A stretch of 64,000 nucleotides of DNA from Eledone cirrhosa. Taxonomy: Eukaryota. The stretch spans positions 14,756,001-14,820,000 of the forward strand of contig OZ024761.1 in assembly GCA_964016885.1 (NCBI GenBank). Direction: 5' to 3'. Of this stretch, positions 28,588 to 44,172 are shown piece after piece. The translations under genes were made by a program, and so were the position numbers. How positions within the stretch are numbered: the stretch's first letter is position 1; every line of letters begins with the position of its first letter. The notes under the pieces are model-generated. The model was not told where the DNA came from and did not search any database. It saw only the letters and a list, made by a program, of their open reading frames with translations.

Positions 28588-28952
28588 GTCTCTCGCTCAC
28601 TCTCTCTCTCTATCTCTCTCTCTCTCTCTCTGTCTGTCTCTCGCTCACTCTCTCTCTCTATCTCTCTCTCTGTCTGTCTCTCGCTCACTCTCTCTATCTA
28701 TCTATCTATCTATCTATCTGTCTATCTATCTGTCTATCGGTCCCCTCTCTACAACACCCCCCCTTTCTCTCATCACACACGCCGCCACCCCACAGTTATT
28801 CGAAGCCACATTCAAACAAACATTTTAACATACACACACACTTATATATAGACATATTTATACATACATGCATACATATTCATTCATTCATACAAATACA
28901 TACATATGTACACTCATACATACATATATATACATACATACATACATACATA

Positions 28953-29200
28953 ATTATTGGAGCTACGGGTTATACACCAACCCGCTTGGACAAATATATA
29001 ACTGAACTTGGATTTGCGGACAAAGAGCGCAGCTCCCTAATTCATAGTCTACAAATGGCTGCGATAGCTGGCACCTTTAAAATTTGCAAAACATTCTTGC
29101 GATTCAAGGGATGACAATTTCTTTTCTTTTACAACCTTTCCACCAGGAAGGTGGCCGGTCAAAAATATACTCGAAAGTAAGAGAAAGAGATAACATACAT
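28953..29200 (+). mobile_element. 3' end of an R4/NeSL-like restriction-endonuclease non-LTR element in a (TACA)n tract
   Basis: IIIGATGYTPTRLDKYITELG...LQMAAIAGTFKICKTFL matches the C-terminal pattern of RLE-type ORFs. A short 3' UTR follows. Confidence 0.65.
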
Positions 29201-29231
29201 ACGTACATATGTACACTCATACATATATATA

Positions 29232-29655
29232 TGGTGGCTGCCAACTCGTTTTCGAGTACGGCCACTACTTTATATCCATGTAGGAGAACCCCTACCGATG
29301 CGCTGAACGAGTGCGACTTTTTAGTCCAGCCAGCGACTTGAAAACTCTGGTACAAACACTACACTTGTGACAATTATTGACACATAGTGCTGGGCCCATG
29401 GTACCATGTGACGACAAGTGCAGAGAGATCTCCAGATATAAAGCAATGTCTGTGCCGTGAAGCTTTTATAGTGAGCAAAGGCACTTCACAAAGCCATTCC
29501 CACTCTCTTAACCAAGATGATATTTACCAAAAAGAAGAACAAGTCAACATCATTGGATACCATCTTAAGAGTCAATGGCCATCCAAAATCACTGGGAGAG
29601 ATGACCCCTTAGCCTTTGTCAAGGCAGAATTCTAGAAGGAAAACTCTGATATAAC
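29232..29655 (-). mobile_element. Second copy of the 4781-5248 element with an inverted 5' segment
   Basis: 29232-29564 is the reverse complement of 4946-5248, while 29565-29655 matches 4840-4933 in the same orientation. Confidence 0.85.
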
Positions 29656-29676
29656 ATACATACATACATACATACA

Positions 29677-29707
<31 letters not shown>

Positions 29708-29715
29708 GTGTGTGT

Positions 29716-29762
<47 letters not shown>

Positions 29763-29974
29763 TTAGAATAGCCTAAGGGCCGAGAGAACTTAGTCTTGTG
29801 AGAAGAGTTTCTAATGTGCTTTATTTTTGCCCTTGTGGCAACTAAAAGACCATCATCATCATCATCATCATCACCACTACCATCATCACCACTACTACCA
29901 CCACCACCATCATCATCATCGTCGTCATCATCATCACCACCTCCATCACCATCATCATCATCATCATCATTATA

Positions 29975-30826
<852 letters not shown>

Positions 30827-31804
30827 ATCATCATCATCCTCTTCATCATCATAATCCCCCTCATCATCATCATCATCATCAAAAACCTCTTCATCATCAT
30901 CATCATCATTATATTCCCCCCCCCCTCCTTCTCATCATCACGATCGTCATCATCATCATCTTTCACTTAATCATCATCGTCATCTTCATTGGCACTTTTC
31001 GAAGTTTTGTGGTCTGACAAACAGTTAAGAAATAGACCGGAGAGGGTGATTTGAGGGTGATTTGGCTGCTACATCTAGGAAGATTTGTGGCCTGACAAAC
31101 AGTTATGGAATATACCGCGTAGGGTGATTTAAGGGTGAATTAGCTGCTATATCGTGGAAGAGTTGTAGCCAAATTTATGGGTGATTAAAGGGATACTTGG
31201 AATTTATTACAATACAAAATATCCAGTAGTAAAAAAAAAACACACACACCAAAACTACGATATATATAACATAAGGAAACAATAAAAGGGAGGGGGAATA
31301 TGTATTGAAAAAGAGGAAGGAAAAAAAGAGAGAATTAAGCAAAGAAAAAATGGAAGTGAGGTAGATTTGACTGCTATTTCTGGAAAGACTTGAGACCAGT
31401 CAGCTCATCTGTCACTTCTAAAAGATATAATTTTGGTAGTTAAACTAATTTCCTGCGAGTTCGTACGTGATGTTTTCAGAGCTTGGGCTTCTTGTTATGG
31501 TCGTCTGCTGTTTAGCAAACGTCATTGTCGTCTCAGCATTGAAATGGGTCAGAGGTCGTTGTCTTAGTTAACAATGTGGGTCAGAGGTAAAAGGTCACTG
31601 TGGTAGTGAAGAGGGTGAGAGGTCAGCTACTAGAACATTCCTTTGATAGGGACTTGCTAGAAGATGTCTTCCTTTTTGTTTAGACATCATTAGACATCGC
31701 ACAGACACACAGACACATACACACACACACACACGTACACATACACATACCCACCCACACACACACATATATATATATGTCTATATTTATCTCTCTCCCT
31801 CCAC

Positions 31805-31849
<45 letters not shown>

Positions 31850-32099
31850 GGAAAATGTTTGACCCCGACGGCAGAGCTCAATCCGTTTCGACGGCTATTT
31901 CTCTGCCGTCGGGGGTCAAACATTTTCCTATTATCCACTCTACTACCCTAAGTATTGAGTACTCTGGTGCGTTATGGTCCATCTGGTTCCTTACCACACC
32001 TCCTTCGTTATATATGTCGAAACGACCGGAGCTCAGCCGTCGGGGTCCTGACTCTTTTCCTATATATATGTGTGTGGGGGTGGGGGGTAGATAGATAGA

Positions 32100-33222
32100 T
32101 AGAGAGATAGAGAGTTATAGAGAAAGTATGCGTTGCTGAGCCCGAGGAGACCACTAATCGTGAGTACTCGATACATGGGGAGATGTAGAGTGGGTATAGA
32201 AATATGTAAAATCTCGACCGCGGCGCCAAACGGTTTCGGCTTGTGTGCGTTTTGTCTTGTGGAGGGTTGTGGGTTTATACATTTCTCTGTGTCTTCCTAT
32301 GTTTTTCTTTTATGTGTCCAAATATGTCCTTAGTCGATTGATTCTGTGATGAGGTGTACTATTCCATTCATGTTTTCTTTTGAAGTTTGCTCTCCTCTCT
32401 ATTATATGAGTGACCCCTGTCATTGTCTGAGTGTCGTGTGAGTTCTATGTGTGGATAGGATCTTTACTTCAATGTTATCTATTGAGCCTTGCCATCTATA
32501 TTCTAGCTTGCTTTAACAAATAGAAGACATAAACAGACTCATTAACTGCTTACTGAACACAACCACAAGAATATGGTCCGAACGTGGAAGAGCCGAACTC
32601 CCACTGTCATCGCCTCCATCTCTCTCGTCCTCCCCATCTCACCGTATGGTGAGCAAATGGGGTCCCACGTGCTGGCCTCCCCACAGCCCCGGCGGACAGA
32701 ATGGAGAAGGCGTTTCCCCGGAGGACGGCAAGGGAGATGCGCTGGAAGAGCCATTCCAACTCGTGAGGTTCACACCTGCGGCTGGCCAACTCAGCGCCTA
32801 TGGTGGTGAGTAGGGAGGTAGCTCTAGGGCCGAGGACACCAGAAGTCTCCACTGCCAAGGGCACGACCGCGAACCTGTCGGAGAGCGACCGGTACTTGGA
32901 GAGTTTGGGCCTCCTCAGCCTCACGTGCAGCAGAACCTGGATTAGTCGCAGACTGCACCAGGTTGCGGCTGGAGAAAGTGTCGCTGCAAGTGGCATCCCA
33001 GACGAGGGGTTCGCCACCGCGGAACGGGAAGATGGTCATACCGTCTGGCCTTTTGCCATCCCCTCGGTCCAGCCCCACCGGCTCGAGCTGGGAGGGGAAG
33101 CCTGCAGCGTCCAAGCCATGCTTTATAACCTCGTTGAGGGCAGCATGGCGTGGAAGGCGGCCGGCACTGAGGTCACAGGAAAGCGGATGGAAGCCGAAAG
33201 AGTCCACGGTGGATCCACAGCG
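32100..33222 (-). mobile_element. 5'-truncated CRE-like non-LTR retrotransposon: zinc-knuckle remnant, restriction-like endonuclease, 3' UTR
   Basis: HPLSC...RHAALNEVI...LEPVGL...GKRPDGMT...LVWDATC (32824-33207), then after one frameshift KY...PLAVETSG...LFQRISLAVLRGNA (to 32607). The tail ends in (TATC)n. The extent of the 3' UTR is inferred. Confidence 0.85.
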
Positions 33223-33375
33223 ACATTTGTGTGCTTGCTATGTTGGTATAGCACTGATGAGGGTTTGTCCTCTTTAAGTTCTCGCCAGTGTTACTTCAAT
33301 CCCTCTCCTATACTACGGCGATGTTTCTCATATGTATGTCGTTGTCTTATTTCTGCATCATCCCTTTGTACACCT

Positions 33376-33566
33376 TATCCTACAGACAGCGTTCCTAGTT
33401 TTGCAGTAAAGAATTAGCGTGGTAGAAAAGCCAGGAATTGCCATAAAATCCCTGGTCAGTAGAACATACCCTTTAAAGAAAACTCTGCTGTATTGATAGT
33501 AACTGTGTAGTGTGTAAAGTAAGCCCGTAGGTGAACTACAAAACTAGGAATGCAATCTATAGGATA
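33376..33566. mobile_element. MITE-like element with about 30-bp imperfect terminal inverted repeats
   Basis: tatcctacagacagcgttcctagttttgcagt ... actacaaaactaggaatgcaatctataggata. Confidence 0.6.
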
Positions 33567-33571
33567 GGACG

Positions 33572-33690
<119 letters not shown>

Positions 33691-33731
33691 GATATTAAAC
33701 AAATGGAAACTATATTTATAAAACCATATTT

Positions 33732-33794
33732 ATTTCATTATACATATTTCAGGGATACCATATTAAAAATATGGCATGCCTTCTTCAGATAAAA
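33732..33794 (-). ncRNA. Type I hammerhead ribozyme (family A)
   Basis: ttttat CTGAAGA aggca tgccatatt-ttt-aatatggta tccct GAAA TATGTA TA atgaaa. Confidence 0.7.
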
Positions 33795-33884
33795 TACAAT
33801 ATATAAGCAGTTTTATAAATAAATTTGACATACCATAGAATATTGATCAACTTCCATTTAAAAAAGTTGGTTTGGTTTATATAT

Positions 33885-33921
<37 letters not shown>

Positions 33922-34356
33922 GAGATAAATCCACCAATTAATGGTAGGGTCTAAGCCGTATGAAGAACTCAATGTAATCCGTATGTAGAAGATGTCGTGA
34001 AGCAAAGTTTAAAATACAAAATTTCAACGATATAATTCATTGGATACAGAGTCAAAAATACAAATAGTGAAAACAATGAAATTAAACAAAAAACGGTTAA
34101 TTCATAGTAAAACTCATTATTTTACGATCGTTTCTGGGGGGTAGTTCTCCGTATGTCCATTCTATTATTGATCTATGTAAAACATATTCCTAATTATCAT
34201 AGTAAGAAAATATCCATACGTCTTCTCTACCCGCCGTCTTCAGAAAATCAATAATAGAATGGACATTCGGGGAACTACCCTCCAGAAACGATCGTAAAAT
34301 AATGAGTTTTACTATGAATTAACCGTTTTTTGTTTAATCTCATTGTTTTCACTATT

Positions 34357-34361
<5 letters not shown>
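33922..34361. mobile_element. Family C element with 115-bp inverted arms and a long-stem-II hammerhead on the minus strand (34116-34248)
   Basis: Arms 34058-34172 and 34247-34361. Minus strand: ttt CTGAAGA [102 nt; gggtag/ctaccc and cgtatg/catacg pair] GAAAC GATC GTA aaa. Confidence 0.78.
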
Positions 34362-34428
<67 letters not shown>

Positions 34429-34477
34429 TATCCCGGGTTCACAGTAAGTAAGGTACTCAATACATAGCAGAGTATAA

Positions 34478-34620
34478 ATATTTAATTTAGAAATGGCTTC
34501 AACAGGACTATAACTGTTTCATTCGGGAGAAATCATCAGGAAGCCCCGATGATTCTTCCTAATGATTTTTCCCGAATGAAACAGTTCTAGTCATGTAGAA
34601 GCCATTTCTATATTAAATAT
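34478..34620. mobile_element. Fold-back remnant with two opposed degenerate hammerhead motifs
   Basis: Minus: CTGATGA tttctcccgaat GAAACAGTTA (34511-34539). Plus: CTAATGA...GAAACAGTTC (34559-34587). Confidence 0.6.
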
Positions 34621-34625
34621 ATATA

Positions 34626-34662
<37 letters not shown>

Positions 34663-34680
34663 GTACACACACACGCACAC

Positions 34681-34754
<74 letters not shown>

Positions 34755-35012
34755 GGATAAACCCCCACGTCCTGGTATCTCCTTTCTTTGTCAGTTGACG
34801 CACTTAAGAAATTTTCTCATTTTTATTTGTGCAATTCGCCTAAAGGCATAATTTGTCTCTACCTGTTTTATTATGTTGAAATGTGTACTGGAATGAAGGG
34901 TACCAACTTAAATAAACCGAAACTGTAGTGATTTCCAGATGTTGACTGAGGAGATGAGACTGTCCGCTTTTCCATTTTCTTTGTCCCCTGCGCTCCATGT
35001 TTTGAATGTGTA

Positions 35013-35328
<316 letters not shown>

Positions 35329-35657
35329 CATATATATATATACACATATATATATATATACATATATATATGCATGTGTGTATACATATGTATGTATGTG
35401 TACGCATATATATATGCGCGTGGAGAGAGAGAGGGTGGGGGGAAGAGAAAGAGAGAGAGGGGAGGGAAAGAAACGTTACCTGTATATACAAGTTAAGTGT
35501 ACTACTGAACTCAATAAACTTTTCCGTGTCTACCTGAACTATGAAAAGTTCAGCTTCACTTCACACACACACACACACACACACGCATATATATGCATGA
35601 ATGAATGTATGTATGTATGTATGTATGTATGTATGTATGTATGTATGTATGTATGTA

Positions 35658-35692
<35 letters not shown>

Positions 35693-35964
35693 TGATATAT
35701 ATATATATATATATTGATATATTGTATATATATATATATATATATATTGATATATTGTATATGTATATATATATATTTTATGTCATATATATATTATATG
35801 TGTGTGCGTGTGTGTGCGTATATATATATATATACATATATATAATGTGTTAAGTGAATTGTTTTATCTATAAAACACTCCATATAGACCGTGCAAATAA
35901 TGTTTTAATGTTTTGTAGTGTTTAAAGTAGAGAACAAGAAGAGGTTATGAAAATGTCAAGATTG

Positions 35965-35997
<33 letters not shown>

Positions 35998-36688
35998 TGT
36001 AAATACATACAAAGATAGAAAGAGGGATTAGGTGAGAGTGTAGATCAAAGGAAAAGGTATGAGTTAGTGAGTAAGAAAAAGATGGGAGTGCAAGATAGAT
36101 AGATAGAGAGAGTAGAGTTAAAGAAAGGGTTTGAGTTAGTGAGTGAGTGAGTGAACGTGTGTTATTAACTATAAATAGAGAGTAAGAAAAACGAAGAGAG
36201 TGAAACATAGAGAGAGAGTGAGTGAGTGTGAGAGTTGTAGAAAGGGTAAGAGTTAGTGAGTGAGTATTAGTGCTATAGTTGAGGTAAACTAAACTCCTCC
36301 CACATTTACCAGCAATGGCCTCAACCACAAATGTAGATATGATGTCACACGTCACGTGGTTAGATCATCGAAAGGAGAAGTTAGGATATTAGACTCCAAG
36401 CATTCTTCTTTCATTTTTCTTAATTTTTTTAAAGTTTTTTTCATAATTATTTATGTTTTTTTATTAATAATAAATATTTTCCTCATCACTTCCTTTTTAT
36501 GTTGCTAATATATGTATACATATAAGTGCGTGTGTATGTGTATATATATGTGTGTGTGTATATGTATGTATTTATATATATATATATGTATATGCATGTA
36601 TACATATGTATATGTACATATGAATCTATATACATGCATAAAAGTATATGTATATAAATATATGTGTGTGTGTGTATATGTATGCATT

Positions 36689-36721
<33 letters not shown>

Positions 36722-36893
36722 ATGTATGTATATGTACATATGTATCTATATACATGCATAAAAATATATGTATATAAAAATATGTAATCATAATGTATAT
36801 ATATGTATACATAAGTATATATATATATATATATATGTGTATGTGTGTGTGTGTGTGTGTGTGTACATTTGCATATGTATGTATACATATATT

Positions 36894-36924
<31 letters not shown>

Positions 36925-38994
36925 ACATATGTATATGTATGTATATATATATTTATATATATATGTGTGTGTGTATACATATATATATATGCGTGTGTGT
37001 ATACATATATATATATATATGCGTGTGTGTATACATATGTCTATGTATGTATATATAAAACTAAAGACAACTATTTTTTAACTTTTCTTTTATATCTATA
37101 TATATGCATATATATATAGATGTATATGTATATTGATATGTGTGTAAACATATCAAACTCAACACATTTTATTTTTTAATGTGCAAAATTAAAGCAAATA
37201 TTTTTTATTTCATTTAAAAAATATATATAACACTAAAAAAATCTCCCACTATTTATTTATATTTAATAATTTCTTAAAATCTAAATCGAATATTATTTAT
37301 TAAAGGCATTTTTTATAATAATAATGCGTGTGTGTGTATTTTTGTTTCTTATAAACAGAAATTTCATGTTTAATAATAAAATTAGAATATATATTAAAAT
37401 ATAAAAGTTTATTTCTTTATATATGAAATTAGAAGGGTTGGACAAATTATGGACAACTTTATGGTGCCACTGTCTCTCTTTGTTCTGTCTTTATGTATTA
37501 GTCTCTCTTTCTGTCTCTCTCACTCACATTTACTTTATATTCTTACTATTTCTCTCTCTCTCCTCTTCTCTTATACTATTTCACCTTCTCTGCTAAAGCG
37601 TCCTTTATATGTAACTCTTACTCTCTCTCTACGTTCCCTTTATACTCTAAGCTCTTATTCTTTCTTTCTCGCATTCCCTTTACATTGTAACTATTAGTCT
37701 CTCTACTTCCCCTCCGTACATATTAAAACTATTACTCTCTCTTTTCCCATTCATTTTATTCTGTAACTATCAATCTTTCTCTTTTCTTCCCTATATCACT
37801 CATACTCTCTTTATGTTGTAACTATACTCTTCTTCCCTCTATATTCTCTCTATTACCCTTCCTCCCTCTATAGTTGTAGTACTTTCCCCCCTCTCTATTT
37901 CACTCATAGTCCCTTTATATGGTAACCATTGCTACTCTCTATTTCTCTCATACTCCCTTTATATTTTTCCTCTATAACCCCTCCTTTGTATGTCTATTAC
38001 ATTTACTCTCCCCCTCTCTATGTCTCTCCTATTCTCTCTATTCTGTAACCATTATCGTACATTTCTCTGTATCCTCCCTCTTTATTTCATTCACATTCTC
38101 TCTATGCTGTAACTATTACTCTCCCTCTCTGTAATCTATTAGTCTCTTTCTCTCTCTCTCCCTGTATGTGTGCCTACCACCGGTCTTACGGTGCTCCTCC
38201 TTCTCCCACGTCGTTCGATCCTCCTCGTTCTACCCAGACACGACATGTTGCGTTGATAGAAAATGGCTCGTCGGGACGAGCCAGTGTTTCGGTGATGTTT
38301 TATTTATTTTTTTTAAATTAAAATTTTTTATATATATATATACACGCATATACATATATATAAAGAAGAAAAAAACAGAAACGTAAAAGAAAAAGCCCTC
38401 CCCACAACAACAATAACAGCAACAGTAACAAACAAGAGATCAGAAAACAGTGGACTAAATTAACTAACAAATTGGTTTGAGAAGAGGAACTAAAAAAGTG
38501 ATAATAACCGAAGACTATTTTTTAAAAGCCACCACAAAATGTATGTTCCGGGGAAAAAGATAAAATTACCTACATGTCGATTGTATTATTATTATCATTA
38601 GATGAGAGGAGAAGACGTGAAGTTATAAAGATAACGAAGTAGCAAGCAGATCCATCCATCTTATCTGAATATCTGCAAATATAATATATAATATAATATA
38701 ATATAATATATTATATTATATTTCTCTGTAGTGTGTGTCTGTTGTGGTCTCTCACACACTAAAGATTTAAATCTCTCTCTCTCTCTGTGTATATATATCT
38801 ATATATATATAATATATATACATATATATACACATACAAAACATATATATATATATAGTGTAAGGTTACGTGACGTATGTATATTTTATTATAAACAAAA
38901 GGAAGGACACACAGACTTTTACAAGAGAGTGCTTTACTTTTTACACAAAAAGAGACGGACGGATATATATAAACTATATATATAAATACAACAG

Positions 38995-39030
<36 letters not shown>

Positions 39031-40049
39031 GATATATAGACTTTATTGATCGGTTGCTTGGTTTGGTTTGTGTTGGATGGAGCATCAACGCCACCTCATC
39101 ACATCGTAGTCGTCATCATCACAAGCATCATCAACATCATCTTCAACAACAGATAGACAGACAACCAGATGTATCACCCTGTATTTACTGTACTTTAGTT
39201 GGGTTTATTGGAGATCGCTTCTGCTGAGCTAAACTGTTAGCAGAAGCAGCCTAAATAAGGTTAGTATATTTATATATCTGTACACACAATATGTATATAT
39301 ATATGCGTATATATATACGCACACACAAACATATACCGACAAATCAGCAATTATATCTATAATCTCTTTCTCTCTCTCTCTATATATATATACAATATGC
39401 AGATATACATACAAACATATCACTATCATAAATAAAGATATATATATATATGTAATACACACGTTTGCCTTATGCGTACATATATATGTGTGCGTGTGTG
39501 TATGCAATAATATAACTGTAGATCGAATATTTATTGAACAGATTAATAGTATAAGCAGAGAATTATTGCTTTCTTAAATAAAATATTAATCATTTCATAT
39601 ATATTTATATATTACGGTATGTACATATATATAGCCCGTTTTTCCTTTGTCTTGTTCTCTCCCCGGTGTTTGTATATGGGTGTCTATTTCACTCCGATTT
39701 TCCCCCAATCTCTGCCTCTAAAATTATCATCGTTATTATTATTAATTAAAATTAGAAACTGTCCTAATTATTTTAATTAGTCCGGCATCTTTTGATATCA
39801 CTGTGTGTTTGTAAAAAAAAAAAAACTAATAAAAATAAATGAAATTGAGTTATGTCGACAGCGTTGAATTATTTTAAAATAATATATAGTTATGCATTGC
39901 GCGTGTGACTGTATATAAAAAAAACATATGCATTATATATATATATATATACAGGGAAGTGTAGAAAACATTGCATACGGTAAAGATGGCTAGAAAATAT
40001 GTAGATGTGCATATGGATTTATATATATATATACAAATTCAGAAACGAA

Positions 40050-40089
<40 letters not shown>

Positions 40090-40578
40090 ATTATACATAC
40101 ACGCACTTAAATATCTACATATTTTATAGCTAGCTACACATATTTTGTGTGTCGGTTAGAAGCATATGTATATATATATATATATATATTTATAACATGG
40201 CCTCAACCCGTGGGCTGGAACAAGTAAAAGAGTGTATATATATTTATAGATGTGTCTGTAAAAGAGAGAGGTTTTGTCGATGGCAAAGCCGTCGTTGTAT
40301 AATATATCTTCCTCGTATCTTGTGCTTGTTTTCTGTTTGCCCTTTGTAAGGGGGGAAAGGACATTGTACTGTTTGAACTAATTCGTCTTAATTGCTGTTG
40401 AAGGATGGAGGGACAAGGAGAGGGTTCGCTTCTTGATGGGAGCAGCTATGTATGTGGGTTGTTGTGAAGGGTCATTGAAAATAAAAATGGGCGGTGAACT
40501 CCGTTGGATTTACCTAGCTTTGTATTGTTCCGGACAGCTGGTCGCCTTCTTACATACATACATACGTACATACATTTA

Positions 40579-40639
<61 letters not shown>

Positions 40640-41252
40640 GTACAACCAGCCAACCTACATATTTACCTCCCTCTGTTTCATTTACTCTCTCTAATCTCTC
40701 TCTCTCTATATATATATATATTTTTCTTCCTCTATATATATATATTTTTTTCTTCCTCTCACTACATCGCTTTCTCCTTCCTCCCACTGCAGTAATTCTT
40801 TTATTACCTTTCTCTCTCCCATGCCTCTTTCCTACACTCATGTGTTTTTTGTTAGCCCTTCCTCCCTTTCTCTTCGCAATGCTGTCTTTATTAGCCTTGC
40901 CGATTATCGCATTCCTTTTAACACATCTGTATTATATGTGTGTTTAATATATATATATATATGTATATACATACAGTGAAATGTGTTACATATGTTGTAA
41001 CAACGAGTCAGTGAGGATGACTCTACAAGGTTGCTGAACCTGCTAAAAATAGCAAGCGAATCACCTCCTTATCGTCTTTAAATAGGAACTGGGAGGAATC
41101 GGACGAGATAATGATATAGCCTTCGGTGTGTTTAAGATCACGGGGTTGACGTCTGCTCGCTCAAGGACAACGGCCTGGGGCTAAACAACAATTGTGTGTA
41201 TGTGTGTATGCATCTCTATTTCAGCCGTTCTCCCTTACTCTTATATGTATAC

Positions 41253-41301
<49 letters not shown>

Positions 41302-41424
41302 TCATATATGTATAGTGTTATAGGCTCGGTTGTACAAACGGGAAAAGCAAAATTTGGTAAATGCGTAGAGTGATTTTATATTATAAAAATATTTCCATAT
41401 ATGTATATATAGAATTGTTTCCAG

Positions 41425-41465
<41 letters not shown>

Positions 41466-41670
41466 CAGGATTATACTAGTAAGACTAGTTTTAAACTAGT
41501 AAGACTAATATTCAGCTGATTACTCGATACTTGGGTTAGTAGAGTGTAAATATAGTAGAGTCGTGGTGCGACTGCTGAGCTCTTGCCGTTTCAACAGCAA
41601 ATTCCAGACTCTGGAATGTGTGTCAAACCGGCAAGAGCTCAGCAGTCGGGCGCATATATATATATATATA

Positions 41671-41704
41671 TTTCTGATGAAGGACTAGCGTCCGAAACGT
41701 TAGG
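41671..41704 (+). ncRNA. Minimal hammerhead ribozyme (family B)
   Basis: ttt CTGATGA a ggac-tagc-gtcc GAAACGTT agg. Stem III is the palindrome AACGTT. Confidence 0.8.
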
Positions 41705-42724
41705 ACTTTTTTCCTACTATATTAAGCGTAAAATTAATATATGTCTTCATTGTACTGTGTCGTTTGCTTTGTTATTTCTGTTATTTCTGTTTGCCTTTTG
41801 CATGTATATATATAATGTGCATGTGTATTTTATTATATACGTAGTATTTAAAATATTCAAACATTAACCGAATAAGCACTCAATATTGGTGGGTTGAGTG
41901 TAGAAATTTATTTTCTATTTGTAATACTGGCAGTGACTTCGAAGTTCCAACCCGGCCGCTTCAGCTTCATCTTTCCGTGACTCTCCAGATGTGGAAACAG
42001 CTGTCACTCACACACACGCATGCATGTGTAAATGTGTGTATGTATATATATATATATATAACAATATATTTAGAAACACACAGATACATGCGGACACACA
42101 CATATATACATGAATGCATCCGCACCCAACTGTGAGTTAAGGGTGCCAACTTCACCGATGTTGCTCAATAAGTCGGCAGACCTCGCAGGGACTCTATATC
42201 TTTATGATATATTGTTTTTGTTTATGCCACGAAACTACGTAGTCGAGGAATTTAGGAGCAGTTTAGGTATGATACATTTTATTACTAATTGTATCTAAAT
42301 GTTTCTTCTCTCTTCATAATGTATATATATATATATATATATGCACACACAGAAGCTGTTTATTATAATCACATATCAAATGCTCATCTAAATAGCTCAC
42401 AACCAAGGTGAACACAATAAGCAACGTCCATTGTATATACATAAATACACACACACACACACACTATATATATATAGTGTGAAAAAGCATGTTTATGTAT
42501 ATATAATGTCAAGATATATAATGCATAACTATATTATATAATTGTGTGTGTGTGTTTATATATATATATATATATATAAGTTGGCATGAGCAAGGCGAGA
42601 ACTTCCGAGGCAGTTTTTCTACGACCCCATGCCCTTCCTGATAACAAACATATGCTTTCTTTTTATGTATGATTTTTATACCACTTCTATTAGTCAAACC
42701 TGTTAGCTGTGGGACATATATATA

Positions 42725-43480
42725 TGAATAAAGTTAGTCCTTCATCAGTGATCTTCCAACCATCATTGGTATTTCATCACTTTAAAGACCATATACCTCC
42801 GGTTGGTGTGAGCAACGGCTAAAGAAAGTCGTTGGGACACGTAAATAAGGGGAACGAGCGAGAATGTAAACAAACAAAGATGGTAAAGCAACGAAAAGTG
42901 AGGAAGAAAGAGTCAAGTCCCAGATTTCCATGAATATAAGTTCAGTGAAATTGTGAACGAGAGAGAATAAAGACCATCAAACCTAGTCGAAATGTGAGCA
43001 AGGAAAGAATTCTGCACAGGTCAAACGGGAGGAAGAAGGAGTCTAGTCCGTGAATTCGGTGAACATAAGTTCTGTGAAATCGTAGACAAGAGAGAAAAAG
43101 GAACAACCAGCCTGGTCAAGCGTGAGCAAGGAAGGAATTCCGCACAGGTCAAACGGGAGGAAGAAGGAGTCTAGTCCCTGAATTCGGTGAACATAAGTTC
43201 TGTGAAATCGTAGACAAGAGAGAAAAAAGGAACAACCAGCCTGGTCAAGCGTGCGCAAGAAAAGAATTCCGCACAGGTCAAATGGGAGGAAGAAGGAGAG
43301 GTAGTAGCAGAGAGTGAGTGAAGGGTGTTCCAACAGCTAGTCTGGAACTAGCTGTTGGAACAGCAAGAGCTCAGCTTTCGGGGTTCTGGCTCTTTATGAT
43401 TTAACTATACTCTACTACCCGAAGTATCAAGTACCCTGGTGAGTATGGTCTAACCAGTTTCAAACTGAATCCATCCTGAT
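42725..43480 (-). mobile_element. Long copy of family J with an internal tandem duplication of about 128 bp and a short fold-back
   Basis: Collinear in reverse with 62200-62760. Hairpin tgttccaacagctag...ctagctgttggaaca at about 43326-43361. Confidence 0.75.
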
Positions 43481-43599
43481 TTATATAACTTTGCCTTTCA
43501 TCCTTACGGGGTCGATAAAATAAAGTACCAGTAATGCACTGGGTAATTGCTGGCCTTGTGCCAAAAGTAGAAACAATTATATATATATATATATATATG

Positions 43600-44008
43600 T
43601 ACCACAAGATCCAGTCCGAAACAAATGAGGTCGTGTAGGTGTCACGACAAAAAAACACACAGTCCACGCTGTAATGTGGCCGTGTAGGTAACACGGTAAA
43701 AACCTCCCAGTCCACACTGTAAACGGGGTTGGTGTTGGGAAGGGCATCCAGCCGTAGAAAACCCGCCAGACGTGTAGGTGTCATGACAAAAGAACACACA
43801 CTCCACGCTGTACTGTGGCCGTGTAGGTAACACGGTAAAAACCTCCCAGTCCACACTGTAAACGTGGTTGTTGTTGGGAAGGGCATCCAGCCGTAGAAAA
43901 CCCGCCAGACAGTCCTATACGAGCAGGACAACCGATCTTGCCTCAAGTGGGAATACTCCCGTCTAAACCCATGCTAGCATGGAAGATGGACGTTAAACGA
44001 TGGTGATG
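43600..44008 (+). mobile_element. SINE-like family 3 with modular ccacactgtaaa repeats and RTE-type tail
   Basis: ggaagggcatccagccgtagaaaa ... cccatgctagcatggaagatggacgttaaacgatg. Other copies at about 52290-52620, 52665-52950, 52960-53250, 59270-59550 (minus) and 63170-63430. Confidence 0.8.
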
Positions 44009-44172
44009 ATAGTAAATGAGTGAAGAATAACCTGGTCAGCTGTACAATAGGGTTTATTTAAAGTATTAACAATTGTTTCATTAGTCCGGTGTGTCTAAAA
44101 ATTGCAGATTGTTAATACTTTAAATAAACCCTATTGTACAGCTGACTATGTTATTCTTCACTCATTTACTAT
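44009..44172. mobile_element. Fold-back remnant (65-bp arms) retaining the 3' half of a hammerhead
   Basis: Arms 44009-44073 and 44108-44172. Minus-strand GAAACAATTGTTA. Confidence 0.6.

Noticed and set aside
42150-42250. Hammerhead candidate with GAAACTACGTAGTC
   Set aside because: The 3' half is good, but the 5' core reads CCGATGT and stem II is unconvincing. At best a decayed copy, so not counted.
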